Source: Eubacteriales bacterium (lineage in GTDB: Bacteria; Bacillota; Clostridia; Oscillospirales; CAG-272). Taken from it: a stretch of DNA of 64,000 bases. The position numbers and the translations under genes were made by a program. The notes below the pieces were generated by a model. The model worked only from the letters and a program-made list of their open reading frames with translations, searched no databases and was not told the DNA's origin. Numbering within the stretch: the stretch's first letter is position 1; every line of letters begins with the position of its first letter. This document shows positions 14,875 to 25,800 of the stretch, in pieces. The DNA lies in NCBI GenBank assembly GCA_045538895.1, contig JAZQEH010000028.1:1882-65881 (forward strand). The letters are read 5' to 3'.

Positions 14875-16049
14875 TAATTTGCACCTCCGTTAAGAATTGT
14901 AACTGCTTCAAAGACACGTGAAATTGCTTTCATGTATCCATCCGATGTAATAGTTGCACCGCTTATCGAGTCAACCTCGGTATATGTTTCTGCGGTCTTG
15001 CCGTTATACTGCGAGTAGTATTCGGGAGCAGCACATGCATCGCCAAAACCGTCGCTTTCCTTTTGCGAAACAGTTTCGCAGGCAACGATTTTACCATCTG
15101 CAGTTACGCTTACCTTAATGTAAATGTACTCGCCGGATGCCGGATGATATTTGTTACCACCGTTGATACCGTAGCCGGCAGCTTTTACGTCAAACACATA
15201 GTTGCCGCTTGAAGTTTTGTAAGCCGCAGTAATTGCCGTGGGCATGTCGGCATATGCAGAAACGTCAATATCGGTAAGCTCCCATGAGCGGATGGTTGCA
15301 ACGGCACCTGTAGCTGCCGCTTTTTCCTCAGTGGAAGCACCTGCGCTTATAACCTTGCCGTCAGCATCAACACCAATAAAGCTTTCGCCGATGCAAACAA
15401 CGTATCCTGCTTCATTATTCGCAGAATATACAGTGTCAACTCCCTCGATTACATCAAGCATAAATACAGAAGTAAAGCCGTCAGCCGCAGGGAGGGCAGC
15501 CCCCAGATTATCTGCTAAAATCTCCTCCTCGGTACGTAGATCCACCTCTGCACCGCCGAGTGCAAGCGCAGTATTAAGAGCATCCTTTACCGCATTCTTG
15601 TATGCTTCGGTAGTCTTTGTTGCACCTGCAACAGTGTCAACTGCACCGATAGTGTCGATTGTCGAGCCTACTACGCTATCACCGTAGGTCTTTTCATAGC
15701 CGAGTGTTTCTCCGCTGGAAAGACAGGTTGCACCGGTTACGCTTCCGTTTGCGTCAATACCTACCATAATACTCATGCCGGGATTGAAGCCCACAACAGA
15801 GAGCTTTACAACCGTGCCGCCGTTTTTCTCGGTATAAGCCTCGGTAACGCTTGCGGGAAGCGTATATGCGGAAAGGTCAACAGAAGTAAAGTCTTCGCCG
15901 TCCGGCATTACAACAAGCAAAGCCTCGTTTGCAGCCTTTGCTTCATTTGCGGCTATAACAGGAGCAGTAATGCTGTTTACCGCTGCAAGCATAACCGCTA
16001 TTGCCGCACAGATAAGGGTGAGTGAAAGTATACACTTTATGTATTTCAT
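14874..16049 (-). CDS. rnfG: Rnf complex subunit G, double-length with two FMN_bind domains
   Basis: 391 aa. N-terminal TM anchor. Two flavinylation-type motifs: DTVAGATKT (Thr codon 15618-15620) and DSISGATITS (Thr codon 14952-14954). Confidence 0.85.
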   Translation of the reverse strand: MKYIKCILSLTLICAAIAVMLAAVNSITAPVIAANEAKAANEALLVVMPDGEDFTSVDLSAYTLPASVTEAYTEKNGGTVVKLSVVGFNPGMSIMVGIDANGSVTGATCLSSGETLGYEKTYGDSVVGSTIDTIGAVDTVAGATKTTEAYKNAVKDALNTALALGGAEVDLRTEEEILADNLGAALPAADGFTSVFMLDVIEGVDTVYSANNEAGYVVCIGESFIGVDADGKVISAGASTEEKAAATGAVATIRSWELTDIDVSAYADMPTAITAAYKTSSGNYVFDVKAAGYGINGGNKYHPASGEYIYIKVSVTADGKIVACETVSQKESDGFGDACAAPEYYSQYNGKTAETYTEVDSISGATITSDGYMKAISRVFEAVTILNGGAN

Positions 16050-16975
16050 TACTTGTCACCTCCGATTATCTTGCGTGATGTCCATATATCAATATACGGA
16101 GTAAGAATGTTCATAAGTAAGATTGCAAATGACACGCCCTCGGGATAATTGCCGAACATACGGATCATAACGGTGATAATACCTGCGAGGAAGCCGAAAA
16201 GGATCTGACCGCTCCACGTTGCAGGAGACGTTACGTAGTCGGTAGCCATGAAAATCGCACCGATGAAAAGACCGCCCGAAAGGGTGTAAGCAAGTGCAGT
16301 TGCCGCATTGAAGTCAACAAGCACAAACGTAAAGAGGAAAACCGTGCCGATAAACGCTACGGGGAGATGCCATGTGATGATATGGCGGATCATGAGGTAC
16401 ACACCGCCGATAATGAGTGCGAGTGTACAGGTTTCACCGATCGCACCGCCGTAGTTGCCGAAGAAAAGAGTCATAAAGTCAGGGTGTGCACCGCTTTCTG
16501 CCAGAGTAGCAAGAGGAGTCGCACTTGAAACGGTATCAACCGTAGGGAATGCGCCCTTTGCCATTTCACCGAAAGCAACAAGCATGAACACACGGCCTGT
16601 AATTGCAGGGTTTACGATATTTTTACCGATACCGCCAAAGCAGCATTTTACAACCACTATTGCAAAAACCGAGCCAACAACAGCCTGCCAGAACGGAATG
16701 TTTGCAGGAAGATTAAGAGCAAGCAAAAGTCCGGTTACAACCGCACTGAAATCGTCAATGCTCTGCTCTTTTTTGATTATTGCATTGAAAACAAACTCCG
16801 AAAAAACGCACGTGCCGATGCAGATTGCGATAACCGCAAGTGCACGAAGTCCGAAAATGATAACACCGGCTATCGCCGCAGGAAGCAGTGAGAGTGCAAC
16901 CTCCATCATAACACGTCTTGTAGAGTGAGTGCTATGAATATGCGGCGAGGCGGAAAGATGCAACAAATTATCCAT
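16049..16975 (-). CDS. rnfD: Rnf complex subunit D
   Basis: Polytopic NqrB/RnfD-like membrane protein with SPHIHS near the N-terminus and TSPAT. Start set to ATG 16975, an 8-nt overlap with rnfC. Confidence 0.9.
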   Translation of the reverse strand: MDNLLHLSASPHIHSTHSTRRVMMEVALSLLPAAIAGVIIFGLRALAVIAICIGTCVFSEFVFNAIIKKEQSIDDFSAVVTGLLLALNLPANIPFWQAVVGSVFAIVVVKCCFGGIGKNIVNPAITGRVFMLVAFGEMAKGAFPTVDTVSSATPLATLAESGAHPDFMTLFFGNYGGAIGETCTLALIIGGVYLMIRHIITWHLPVAFIGTVFLFTFVLVDFNAATALAYTLSGGLFIGAIFMATDYVTSPATWSGQILFGFLAGIITVMIRMFGNYPEGVSFAILLMNILTPYIDIWTSRKIIGGDK

Positions 16976-18287
16976 TATGCTTTGCCTCCTCTCTTGCTTT
17001 AGCGGCTTTGAGCGCTGCCTTCGCAAGCTTATGTGTCTGGATAATGGGGCGGTTTGCAGGGCAACAGAATGCACAGCAGCCGCACTCCATACAAAGGTCT
17101 ACACGAAGTTTCTTCAAGGTTTCTTCTTCGCCAAGTCGGTATGCTTCTGCAATAGCCATCGGGTCAAGTCCGAAAGGACAGCGGTTTGTACAACTGCCGC
17201 AACGGATGCAGTTTGTGACCTTTCTCGGTGCAGAGTCCTTTTCGTTAAACGCAAGAAGTGCGTTTGTGTTTTTGAGTACAGGAAGTGACAGTGACGGAAC
17301 TGTAACACCCATCATGGGACCGCCGTAAAGAACCTTGCCGGGCTTACACTTGAGTCCGCCTGCAAACTCAAACACCTCTTCGATAGAAGTGCCGATAGGA
17401 GCAATAACGTTGCAGGGCTTGTTTATTGCACTGCCGTCAACGGTGATAAGTCGCTCAACAAGCGGTATGCCCGTCTTTAAATACTTACCGATTGCCGCAA
17501 CGGTGGAACAGTTAATAACGATACATCCAACGTCAATGGGAAGCTTGCCGCCGGGGACAACCTTTCTTGTAACGTGATAAATCATCACCTTTTCGCCGCC
17601 CTGAGGGTACCTTGCAGGAAGCACCTTTACGCTGACACCGCTATGCTTTGCGGCAATTTCCTGCATTTTGGAAATTGCTTCTTTTTTGTTGTTCTCAATA
17701 CCGAAAATTATCTTTTTAACGCCCAAATACTTTTCAAATGCCTCTATTGCACATTCGATATCGTCGCTGTATTCAAGCATAGCACGTGTATCGCTTGTGA
17801 TGTAAGGCTCACATTCGGCGGCATTGATGATAAGCTCCTCAATACGCTCGCTTTCTACGTTAAGCTTTACATAGGTAGGAAAGCCTGCGCCGCCAAGTCC
17901 TACTATACCGCTCTTTTTTACCGCCTCGATAAAGCTGTCACGGTCGGTAACGGCGGGAGGTGTGCAAGACTCGTCAAGAGTCATTTCTCCGTCGGATTCA
18001 ATGGTGATTGCAGGTGCGGCAGAGCCGTTTGCAACGCCTAACGGTTCAATCTTTTTTACAGTTCCCGAAACGGTTGCATAAACGGGTGAGGACACATATC
18101 CATTCTGCTCGGCGATAAGAGTACCTATATTTACATGGTCACCAACCTTGACAATCGGTGTTGCGGGAGCACCGATGTGCATAGAGGTCGGCAATGTCAC
18201 TGATTTTGGAGCATCCATTCTGACAGCCGCTATTTCTGCGGTATTCTTTCTGTGCGGAACATGGATACTGCGGAGGTTAAAAGCCAT
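16968..18287 (-). CDS. rnfC: Rnf complex subunit C
   Basis: GLGGAGFPT NADH/FMN-site motif and two C-terminal 4Fe-4S motifs (CIRCGSCTNRCP, CMECGCCAFCCP). Confidence 0.92.
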   Translation of the reverse strand: MAFNLRSIHVPHRKNTAEIAAVRMDAPKSVTLPTSMHIGAPATPIVKVGDHVNIGTLIAEQNGYVSSPVYATVSGTVKKIEPLGVANGSAAPAITIESDGEMTLDESCTPPAVTDRDSFIEAVKKSGIVGLGGAGFPTYVKLNVESERIEELIINAAECEPYITSDTRAMLEYSDDIECAIEAFEKYLGVKKIIFGIENNKKEAISKMQEIAAKHSGVSVKVLPARYPQGGEKVMIYHVTRKVVPGGKLPIDVGCIVINCSTVAAIGKYLKTGIPLVERLITVDGSAINKPCNVIAPIGTSIEEVFEFAGGLKCKPGKVLYGGPMMGVTVPSLSLPVLKNTNALLAFNEKDSAPRKVTNCIRCGSCTNRCPFGLDPMAIAEAYRLGEEETLKKLRVDLCMECGCCAFCCPANRPIIQTHKLAKAALKAAKAREEAKHNG

Positions 18288-18381
18288 ATTTCAGCCACCT
18301 TTCTTTTTAAAAACTTTGTTTAATGTTTCACAAAGTTTTACATAATTTTTACTGCAAAATGCACAAATTATTTCAGTTTAT

Positions 18382-18410
18382 AATATATACCTTTTTCGAC
18401 ATAAAGTCAA
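18382..18410 (-). promoter_or_regulatory. Sigma-A promoter of the rnf operon
   Basis: Minus strand reads TTGACT-17 nt-TATATT. A leader of roughly 100 nt, containing the hairpin aaactttgt/acaaagttt, precedes the SD AAAGGTGG. Confidence 0.55.
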
Positions 18411-18454
18411 CATTTTTTTGCACTTTACCAAGCATTTTCACATATAGAAAATGC

Positions 18455-18495
18455 TGAAAAAACAGAATAAAGTCCTCGGAACGAGGACTTTATTC
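18455..18495 (-). terminator. Rho-independent terminator after the PBP-LuxR regulator gene
   Basis: 14-bp stem gaataaagtcctcg / cgaggactttattc immediately after the stop at 18496, followed on the minus strand by TGTTTTTTC. Confidence 0.75.
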
Positions 18496-19650
18496 TTAAA
18501 TAAAGATATTCTTGTTTTTTTCTTCGTTTTCATTTATTACCGACAAAAGGCTTTCCTTTTTAATATAGCCACGGATAAGCTCGGCGGCATTGCCTTTTTT
18601 AGGCATTGCAAGAGCGTTTTTTATCTTTCTCACCCTATACCTTGCGGTTTCCGGAGAAATAAAGCAATATTCACTCATTTTTTCGTAATTATAGCCGCAT
18701 ATAAGGCAATAAATAAGCTTCAGATTTACAAGGTCGCTTGTTGCAAGCATACGTTCGAGCCTGCCAATGTCGCCGGTTTGTACGAGGATAGGCTTCTCCT
18801 CTCCCTGCAGAAGCGGAATAAAGGGCTTCGGGCTGCCACAGTTGGCGTCATATGCCATATTTGCGGTGCTTCCCCTTATCTTCAGCGTGGTCGGCAACAG
18901 GTTTTCAGACGCCACAAGCCCATACTTTATACGGTTGAAATACGTTTCAACAAGCAATCTGCCGCAATCGTAAAAGTTAGTTGTAACCGAGGTTATTCCC
19001 TCTCCGTAAAGTCTTGCCATAACGGTATCGGTATGGCTTATAACAAAAAGCTTATTGCTTTCGATTTTGTGGGACTTCAAATACTCTATAAGGCATATTG
19101 CAACAAGGTCGTTTGTGCATATAACGGCATCGAACTGTTCATGTACACTTATAAATTCATCAAATGAATCAAGCATGCTCTCATTGATATAAAAAATGCT
19201 ATCGTGACCGTCATTAACGTATTTACAGAACATCTTTTCTCGACCTGTGTCATTACAGGAGTTACGGTTCACGCCTACAAGTGCAATTCTTTCCTTTTTG
19301 CACATACGAAGATAGTCAACGGTATTTTTCATCGAACCGTCCGCATCGGTGCCGACAAGACTGTACGTAACTGGCAACGGCTGCACAATATGGTTAGCAG
19401 AAAGTATGAAATGAACGTTTGTATCCAAAAGTCCGTTTATCGCTTCATAAAGCCATGACATATTATCGTATAGAAGAATAACAGATGCTTCTTCACCGCA
19501 CTTTTCAACTGCGGCTCTTGCCTCCGAAATGCTTGTAAAAACCTTTGTACGGATACGTCTGCGAGAAGCCTCGTCCGCAATTCCGCGAAGCTTAGTGTCA
19601 CACCAGACACCGTGACGGTATGCGGCATCGCACAAAACAAACAGTGCCAT
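18496..19650 (-). CDS. Transcription regulator: LacI-type sugar-binding (PBP) domain with C-terminal LuxR-type HTH
   Basis: AVICTNDLVAI and ISHTD are PBP type-1 features. C-terminal LIYCLICGYNYEKMSEYCFISPETARYRVRKI is a LuxR/sigma-70 region-4-like HTH. Divergent from the giant gene. Confidence 0.6.
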   Translation of the reverse strand: MALFVLCDAAYRHGVWCDTKLRGIADEASRRRIRTKVFTSISEARAAVEKCGEEASVILLYDNMSWLYEAINGLLDTNVHFILSANHIVQPLPVTYSLVGTDADGSMKNTVDYLRMCKKERIALVGVNRNSCNDTGREKMFCKYVNDGHDSIFYINESMLDSFDEFISVHEQFDAVICTNDLVAICLIEYLKSHKIESNKLFVISHTDTVMARLYGEGITSVTTNFYDCGRLLVETYFNRIKYGLVASENLLPTTLKIRGSTANMAYDANCGSPKPFIPLLQGEEKPILVQTGDIGRLERMLATSDLVNLKLIYCLICGYNYEKMSEYCFISPETARYRVRKIKNALAMPKKGNAAELIRGYIKKESLLSVINENEEKNKNIFI

Positions 19651-19815
19651 AAATTCACCTCTGTTTACAACATTTATAATATATTACCAAAATACCATAA
19701 CAAAAGCAAATATTTTCGTTAAATTCGCATGATTTTTTTGCAAAAAATATTACCATACATTAATTATATATGTATGCTAAAATTTAAGTGTACAAAAATA
19801 CATAGGAGGTAAACT

Positions 19816-22800
19816 ATGAAAAAACTATTTGTTTTTGTTTCTGCTTTGTTGTGCATAGTTCTTTTTGCACTCTCGGCAGGAGCTACCGAAAACGTGGCTT
19901 TTGTAGCCGCAGGCGGTATAGGTGACGGCTCAAGTGCCCAGTCACCGCTTGGTTCACTTGCAAACGCATTTGCCGCAGTAGGCGACGGCGGTACTGTCGT
20001 GCTTACAAGTGACCTTACCATCGGCTCGGCAGTAAATCTGCCCGACCACACAGGCACAGTTACGCTAACAAGCGTATACGGTGGCGTTGACTACCGTGCA
20101 ACAAACGATGCGGCTCTCCGCTATACTGCATCCGCTCGTCTTGTACTCGGCGGTCCGACCGTTATCGACTATTTCGACATTGAAATTGACAGCGGTGCAA
20201 ACGGCGGTGCGGTACTCGCTGCCGACTTCAACGACCTCACTATAGGTTACAACGTCGATATCAGCTACAACTACGCTGTTTCGGGTGTTAAGATGTATGT
20301 CATCGGCGGCCCCAACAACGATGCAACCGGCAACATCCTCGGTGCAGGTGAAAGCTGTACCATCGAAATTTACAGCGGTGCATATGAACAGGTAGTCGCA
20401 TTCAGCCGTTCTGTTGCAAATGTGTCGCACAACGGTACCGTTTATATGACTCTTGGCGGTAATGTTTCGGCGCGTCTTTGCTTCCTCGGTGCAGTAACCA
20501 CAGGTGCAAAGGGCGGTTCTTGTGAAGTCACCCTCAAAGAGAACGCAAAAGCAACATGGTTTTATCCCAGCGGTAATGCAAGCTCGATGAACGGCAGCGT
20601 TACCGTCAATGTAAAAGACAACGCAACCATCTCCAATATTGACCGCTATGCGGATTCTCTCTTCCCGAACGGTACAAAAACCATCAACCTTTACGGCGAT
20701 TCCTACACCGTTCCCACAAATCTTGAAAAATACTTCAACACTGTAAATGCATTTGAAGAAGAGCCCCAGCCCCCTGTGGTTTCAGACGCAGTTTTTGTTG
20801 CAGACGGCGGAACAGGTGACGGAACAAGTGAAAGCTCGCCCATAGGTTCTCTTGCATCCGCTTATGCTTCACTCAAAGAAACAGGCGGCACAATTACTCT
20901 TGTTTCCGATACCACGCTTAACACAGACACAACTTTCGCAGACCTTAACGGCAGCGTTACATTCAATGCGAAAAACGATGCTGTTTTAAAACTCAACGGC
21001 AACATCAGCTTCAGCAACAACGAAAATGACGGAACCGTTACCTTTGACCTCCCCGTTTCGGCTTCCAATGCCGCAATCTTCGGCGGTTTTAATGACGTTG
21101 TATTTACCGAAAACTTTGCGGTAACCGGTACACTTGATTTCTTTGGCGGTGTTGATGCCACAAACATTACAAACAATGCTCTGGCAATCACCGAAAAGGC
21201 ATATTCGGTTACTGTAAACGGCGGTACGTTCAACAAGTTTGCTCTTGGCAACTATCGCTCGGAATACAATGATACAGTAGGTTCAATAGCTGCACCCGTA
21301 ACTCTTACGGTAAACGGCGGTACATTCAATACCTCGTTCAGCGTTTCGGGTATGTCTATCCTTGCAGACAATGCAAGTATCAGCATAACCGGCGGTACAT
21401 TCAACTGTCCCGTATACGTTCAGGGCGGTATGAATTCTGTTATCGCACAGGGTGTTAAAATTTCAGGTACAGTTGCTTCCGACCGCAAGTATTACGCAAT
21501 TGACGGCGATATTACCCTTTCAATAAGCGGCGGTACATTCAACGGCGGCACTATCGGTGCATACGAAGTACAGCCTGCATACACACAGGTTATGCGCGGT
21601 AACTACACTGTTTCCGTTACAGGCGGTAATTTCGCAAGCGGCACCGTATTTGATGCAACTCAGGTAAAGGCTTATGCATCTTCCTCAAAGGTTGCAACCA
21701 TTACATACCCTGACACATATACGTTTACCACAAAACTCTTCGATACCGTTAACGGTGCTGCACAAAACGACAAAGAACCTGTCCGTATTGCATTTGTCGG
21801 TGACTCCATCACCGAGGGCTATACTGTTGCGGCAGAAGGTGTAGACAGACTTACCGGCTCATATCCTGCTCTCATAGCTTCTCTTGCTGAAAGCGACTCA
21901 AAGGATGTTGTAGTTTCAAACTACGGTATTTCTTCTGCAGGTCTTTTAAGAGCAACTGCATATTACTATCCCAATTATCTTGCATACAAGATGCTGCTTG
22001 AAGAAACCGATGCCGATTACATCGTAATCGCTATCGGTGTAAATGACAATGCGGCAGGCGGCACCACCGGTGCACAAATCGAATTTGAAACAAACTACCG
22101 CTCCCTTATCGAAACCGTTGGAGCACTTCCCGAAACAGAAAAGGTATTTATCACAAATGCAATTTTCTGGAACGCTTCAAAGCTCGGTTCTATCCGTGCT
22201 ACATCGGTTATCCGTCCCACTCAGGAAAAAATTGCAAAAGAATTTGAAAGTGTAAACGCTGACAAATACATATTTGTTGACCTCTACGGTCTTACACTTG
22301 ACGCAGCAAAGAACGGCACTCTTCTTTCCTCTGATATTCTGCATCCCTCAAAAGCAGGCTTCAGCAAGATGGCTGACGTTCTCTATGGCGTAATGTTTGA
22401 AAATGCTCCTGCTACCACAACAGCTTACAAGAGCAACGACGTTTATATAAGTGCAAGTGGAAATGCTTTTGGCAGCGGCACAAAGGACGACCCCATATCA
22501 CATATCGAATTTGCCTTTGCAAAGCTCCCCTTGAATGAGGAATCCACCGTTCACATCGTTGGAAAAGTTCCATTCAGCTCAAGCTTGTTCATCCCCGTTG
22601 GTCCCTCAAAGCTCACTATTGTTGGCGAGGGTGACGGTGCAATTCTTGAAAACGGCTCTGTATCGTTCAAGATCGGCTGTGACGTTAAATTTGACAACAT
22701 CACACTCGCTACAACCGCCACAACCGAAATCTACGGTTGTTACAACGATATCGAAATGACCGACACCGTTGCGCTCAGCGGCAACTGGTCATTCTTTGCA

Positions 22801-25800
22801 GGCCACAACATTTACCGTGAGGGTGCTACCAACGTGGCTCATGATACCGTTGCATCCGCATCGGACAACAAGGACTGCAATATCAACATCTCGGCAACCG
22901 GCACATTCACAAACTTTGCATTAGGTAACCGCCGTAGCGACGGCATAGCTCCCATTGGCACATACAGCGGTAATCTCACAGCATACGTTGGCAACAATGT
23001 CCGTGTAAGTGGAACAAGCATTGTCGGCATAGTGGGCCAAAACTACCTCACAGGTACTGTTACTGCCTCTATTCCCTCAACGGTTGTTCTTGAAGAATAT
23101 GCAAGCATCGGCACTGTTACTTCTCCCATTGTGTACGATGAAAGCAAAAACACGGGCAGCGTTTCCGTTACATCAAGAAACGTTATAGCACCCACAGTAG
23201 CATACGTATCATACGGTGCAAGCGGTAGCGGTGATTCTCCCGAAACACCCGCAGGCACTCTTGCAGGCGCATATGCACTTCTCGATGCAACCAAGGATTG
23301 CACTATCGTGCTTATGAGTGACTATCCTGTAAGCGCTCTTACCACCCTGCCCGCTCACGGTGCTAAGGTAACAATCACAAGCGTTTACGGCGGCGTTGAC
23401 TACCGCACGACCAACAACGCTGCTCTCCGCTATACTGCATCTGCACGAATCGTGCTTGGCGGTGACACCGTAATTGACAACCTGAACATCGAAATCGACC
23501 AGAGTGCAAACAGCGGTGCGGTAATTGCCGCAAACTTTCATGACCTGAAGCTCGGCTACGGTGTTGAAATCATCCACAACTACACCGTTGCAAACTCCAG
23601 AATGTATATCATCGGCGGCTCCAACAACGATGCAAACGGCAACGGTCTTGCCGCAGGTGAAGTATGCAACATCGAAATTTTAAGCGGCGACTATTATCAG
23701 GTAACCGCATTCAGCCGCGGCACTGCCAACAAGGCTCACTACGGCACGGTTAACCTGAAAATCGGCGGCGACGCTACCGTTTTTGAAACATACCTCGGTG
23801 CAGTTACAACCGGTGCGTCAGGCGGTACTGTTAACTTTGAAATCTGTGAAAACGCAAAACTCCACACAAACGGTCTTGCACTCAGCGGTAATGCAGGCAA
23901 CATGAACGGCGACGTTACGGTTACCGTACGTGACAACGCAAGCATTTCAAAATTTGCAAGATATGACGCATCCATCCACGCAGGAACAAAGACTATCAAC
24001 GTTTACGGCGAAAGCATTTCTCTCCCCGCTTCGCTTGAAACGTACTTTGACGTTGTTAACATCTACATCCCCAAGGATAGCGTTACCGTTACCGAAAGCA
24101 TTGATACGGACAAGATCGTTTCCGTTACTGCGGACGGTGCGGCACTTCAGGCAGAGGTAACATCTACTGCAAACGGCTTAACAGTTGAATATACCGAAAG
24201 CCTTGAAAACTTTACGCTTGCTATTACCGTAAAGGATACTTCATATACCGTATATGAATACACCGTTACAGAAACAAACGGCACTGCAAAGGCAGTTCTC
24301 GCAAGCACAAAAACTTATGCAGGTGACGTTGTTTACGTTGGTGCAAAAGACGGAAGCGGTCTTACCCCCGCATCCCCTGTTTCATCCCTTGAAAAGGCGT
24401 ACAACACATTGCTCGGCGACGGCGGCACTATCGTAGTAGTTGATGCCGTAACAATGGCAAGAGTTACAGCTCCTGCACATTCCGGCAAGATTACCGTTAC
24501 ATCCGTTTACGGCGGCACAGACTACCGTGAAAGCGGTGCAAAGCTTGTATGCGCAACCTCGATAGGATGGCAGCTCGGCGGTGAAACCGTAATCGAAAAC
24601 ATTACTGTTGATATCGCAACCACCGCAGTAATCAGTGCGGCATTCAATCCCCTCACCATCGGTGACGGTGTAGAAATAATCAACGATTATTCCTCAAATG
24701 ATGCAAACGGCTTGTATCTCGTCGGCGGACACAACAACTCTACCGCTACCCTCTCCGTTTACCCCGATGACACATCAATAACCGTTCGCAGCGGTCACAT
24801 CAGATGCATTATCGGCTTCTCTCGCTATAGCGGCGCAAGAGTTCATACCGGTAAAGCTACAATCAACGTTGAGGGCGATGCATACGTACGCTACGTTTTC
24901 GCCGGTGCGGTTGAAAACAATGCTACATCAAAGGATGCTGTTATCAACGTACGTGATAAGGCAATCGTTGAAAACCTTTTCGCAGGCGGCAGCACAAAAA
25001 CAAACTATACTACCGGCAAGACTGTTATCGACGTAACCGAGCTTAACGGCGGCGATATTTATGAGTTTGACACTGTTGGTATTTTCACATCCGACGGAAA
25101 AGTAGAACTCCACTATGACCCTCGCACAGTTGCAGAGGGTATCACAACAATGGCAGCAATGGCACGCTTCAACGTGCTCTCCACATGTGACCTCGCAGGT
25201 GCACACACATTTGGTGCAGCATACGCTAATCCCTTTGGCGGCGGGCTTACCGCTCACACCTGTGAAATCTGCGAATATACGTGCCTTATTGAAGCGGCTC
25301 CCGCAAAGGTTGCTGACAAGGTAGTATTCGTAGCAGACGGCGGATTTGGCAACGGTCTTAGTCCTCTCCATCCTTTCGGAAGCCTTGAGGATGCATTCAA
25401 CGCTCTCGGAAGTGACGGCGGCACTATCGTACTTGTAGACGAATGCACACTCCCTGTAAACCTTGTATGGAGATTCGGTGCTTCCCACGTTTCGTTTATG
25501 GAACCCGTTCACAAGGGTAACGTACTTATCACAAGTGTTTACTCAGATGCAGACTACCGTGAAAACGGTGCAAAGCTTATCTTTGACGGCAATATGCACT
25601 ACCGTTTGAGCGGTCCTACCACATTTGACAACATCGTATTCGACACCGTAGGCAATCCCACAACAAACCTTATCGCAGCCAGATACAATCCTCTCGTTTT
25701 CGGTGAAAACTGCAAGATGAACAGGACAAATGCTGACGGTTACAACCTCTGGGTTGTAGGCGGATATCAGTACTTCCGCTTCAGCGATTTCACCGGTGTT

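Noticed and set aside
16968-17074. N-terminal extensions given by the ORF track for rnfD (17074), rnfB (13638), trxB (31603), the HTH gene (9762), the pilT-like gene (36731), the MATE gene (50347), the permease (49121), the glnQ-like gene (52746), GH43 (56061) and the HD-GYP gene (44842)
   Set aside because: Each extension overlaps the upstream gene, a terminator or a promoter, and lacks an SD. Internal ATG/GTG/TTG codons with good SDs and family-typical N-termini were used instead.
19651-19815. Searched the giant gene leader and the 31604-31747 leader for a second c-di-GMP riboswitch
   Set aside because: Both regions are AT-rich. They have no GGCAAAC / GACGCAAAG blocks and no GNRA-capped helices. 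Only ordinary promoter/SD features were seen.
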